This document shows positions 63,115 through 64,000 of a stretch of 64,000 nt of DNA, piece by piece. The notes below the pieces were generated by a model, which saw nothing but the letters and a program-made list of their open reading frames with translations, was not told where the DNA came from and did not search any database. The position numbers were made by a program, and so were the translations under genes. Within the stretch, counting starts at the first letter, position 1, and each line of letters opens with the position of its first letter. Location: positions 11,239 through 75,238 of the forward strand of contig JBJEXV010000051.1 of the NCBI GenBank assembly GCA_051886175.1. The letters are read 5' to 3'. The stretch is from Candidatus Coprovivens sp. (GTDB lineage: Bacteria > Bacillota_I > Bacilli_A > RF39 > UBA660).

Positions 63115-64000
63115 ATGACAGATCGCGAAAGAGCATTAACAAGAATTGATTTAAGACATATTCAATCAGATGGAAGATATGTAAATTTTGAAAAAAATAT
63201 AATTACATATCTTACTTATGAAGATATTTTATTTTTAAGAACATACTATCAAGATAAGAGTATAGCAAAGAACTTTGAATTTAGAAATGTTAGACCATTA
63301 GAAGAAACACGTTTAAAAACACCAGGACAAGTCCAAAGAAAGAAAGCCCAATCAGGAACTAAAGTACGTGTAGAACAAACTGAACAAGCAAGACGTCCAG
63401 CACCAGCTAGTCAAAGACCAACACAACCAAGAACAACACAAAGTAGAGCTGCTAAAAGACCTACACCAAGAAAACAATATGCAGTATCTAGAGAAAATAA
63501 ATATACTGGTCAACATCATAAAGGAATTAAATTTCCTTATAAACGACTAGCAGCAGGGGCTTTAGTAATATGTATGGCTATTGCATTCATTCAATCTTTT
63601 GCTAAAAATGATATAACAAAATTGCCAGTAGATACTGGTTATGGAATTGTTGCAACTAATCCACATGATGTAGCAGGTTCAGAAGATATCATTACAACTA
63701 CAAAACCTACAACACCAGAAGCAAGTCCAGAACAAGAAATGCGTAATATTTGTGAAGAAGCTGCAAGAATATATCAATTAGATGCTAATGTCTTATATGA
63801 AGTAATAATGTCTAATACAGATGGATTAACATCTGATGATTATTTAGAAAACTATACATTTGAAGGAGTATCTTACAAAGGTTCAAATCAAGTAAACTGC
63901 ACAAGCCCAGAACAAATGGCAATTATTGCAGCTCGTGCTATGGATCAAGATACTCAAAGATTTGGTTTAGATAGAAAAGATGTAAAAGATTATTCTACTG
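63115..64000 (+). CDS. Membrane-anchored protein, 3'-truncated by the window edge
   Basis: ATG 63115 follows AGGTGAT. It is not in the ORF track because no stop codon is reached. It has a basic Arg/Pro/Thr-rich segment, the TM segment LAAGALVICMAIAFIQSF, and an extracytoplasmic part of unknown function. Confidence 0.6.
   Translation, partial: MTDRERALTRIDLRHIQSDGRYVNFEKNIITYLTYEDILFLRTYYQDKSIAKNFEFRNVRPLEETRLKTPGQVQRKKAQSGTKVRVEQTEQARRPAPASQRPTQPRTTQSRAAKRPTPRKQYAVSRENKYTGQHHKGIKFPYKRLAAGALVICMAIAFIQSFAKNDITKLPVDTGYGIVATNPHDVAGSEDIITTTKPTTPEASPEQEMRNICEEAARIYQLDANVLYEVIMSNTDGLTSDDYLENYTFEGVSYKGSNQVNCTSPEQMAIIAARAMDQDTQRFGLDRKDVKDYST

Noticed and set aside
63700-64000. A lytic transglycosylase (SLT) assignment for the truncated last gene
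   Set aside because: ICEEAARIYQLDANVLYEVIMSN superficially resembles the start of SLT domains, but the catalytic Glu-Ser is missing (MSNTDG) and the domain is cut by the window edge.

Overview
This is a low-GC (roughly 30%) window from a spore-forming Bacillota chromosome. The gene content and the AGGTGAT-type ribosome binding sites look Erysipelotrichia- or Clostridia-like, but that placement is inference only. About 70 genes are present and about 90% are on the + strand.

**Core genes I recognise**
- T-box-controlled proS
- a DacA/DacF-type D-Ala-D-Ala carboxypeptidase
- a SigF/SigG-type sporulation sigma factor followed by spoVAC-spoVAD-spoVAE
- scpA-scpB
- tRNA-Leu(CAA)
- add, cdd-udp, mnmA, a TtcA-like PP-loop ATPase and a cold-shock protein

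**Other content**
- The left edge carries a truncated IS3-family element with a classical A7 -1 frameshift site.
- Between the core genes lie many small, individually promoted accessory genes. They encode NUDIX, DHH, HD, NT5C, GNAT, VOC, APH-like, P-loop, 2H and M29 enzymes.
- There are also several membrane or secreted proteins of unknown function.

**Best candidates for something undescribed**
1. 56574-60576: a four-gene operon encoding a polytopic-membrane::SipW-type signal peptidase fusion, a two-TM membrane protein, and two tandem wHTH-metallophosphoesterase paralogs.
2. 54396-56472: an orphan WXG100-like protein with five STVYGPP-type repeats, next to an orphan radical SAM/SPASM enzyme.
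3. 23324-27144: an enoate-reductase-like flavoenzyme co-transcribed with split aconitase X.
4. 11642-12346: a SigF-like sigma gene with a perfect Spo0A box but no spoIIAA/spoIIAB beside it.
5. 40091-40129: four ATTACA repeats phased at exactly 11 bp upstream of csp.

I saw no CRISPR array, prophage, rRNA gene or complete secretion or defence locus. All functional calls come from motif recognition by eye and none has been checked against a database.
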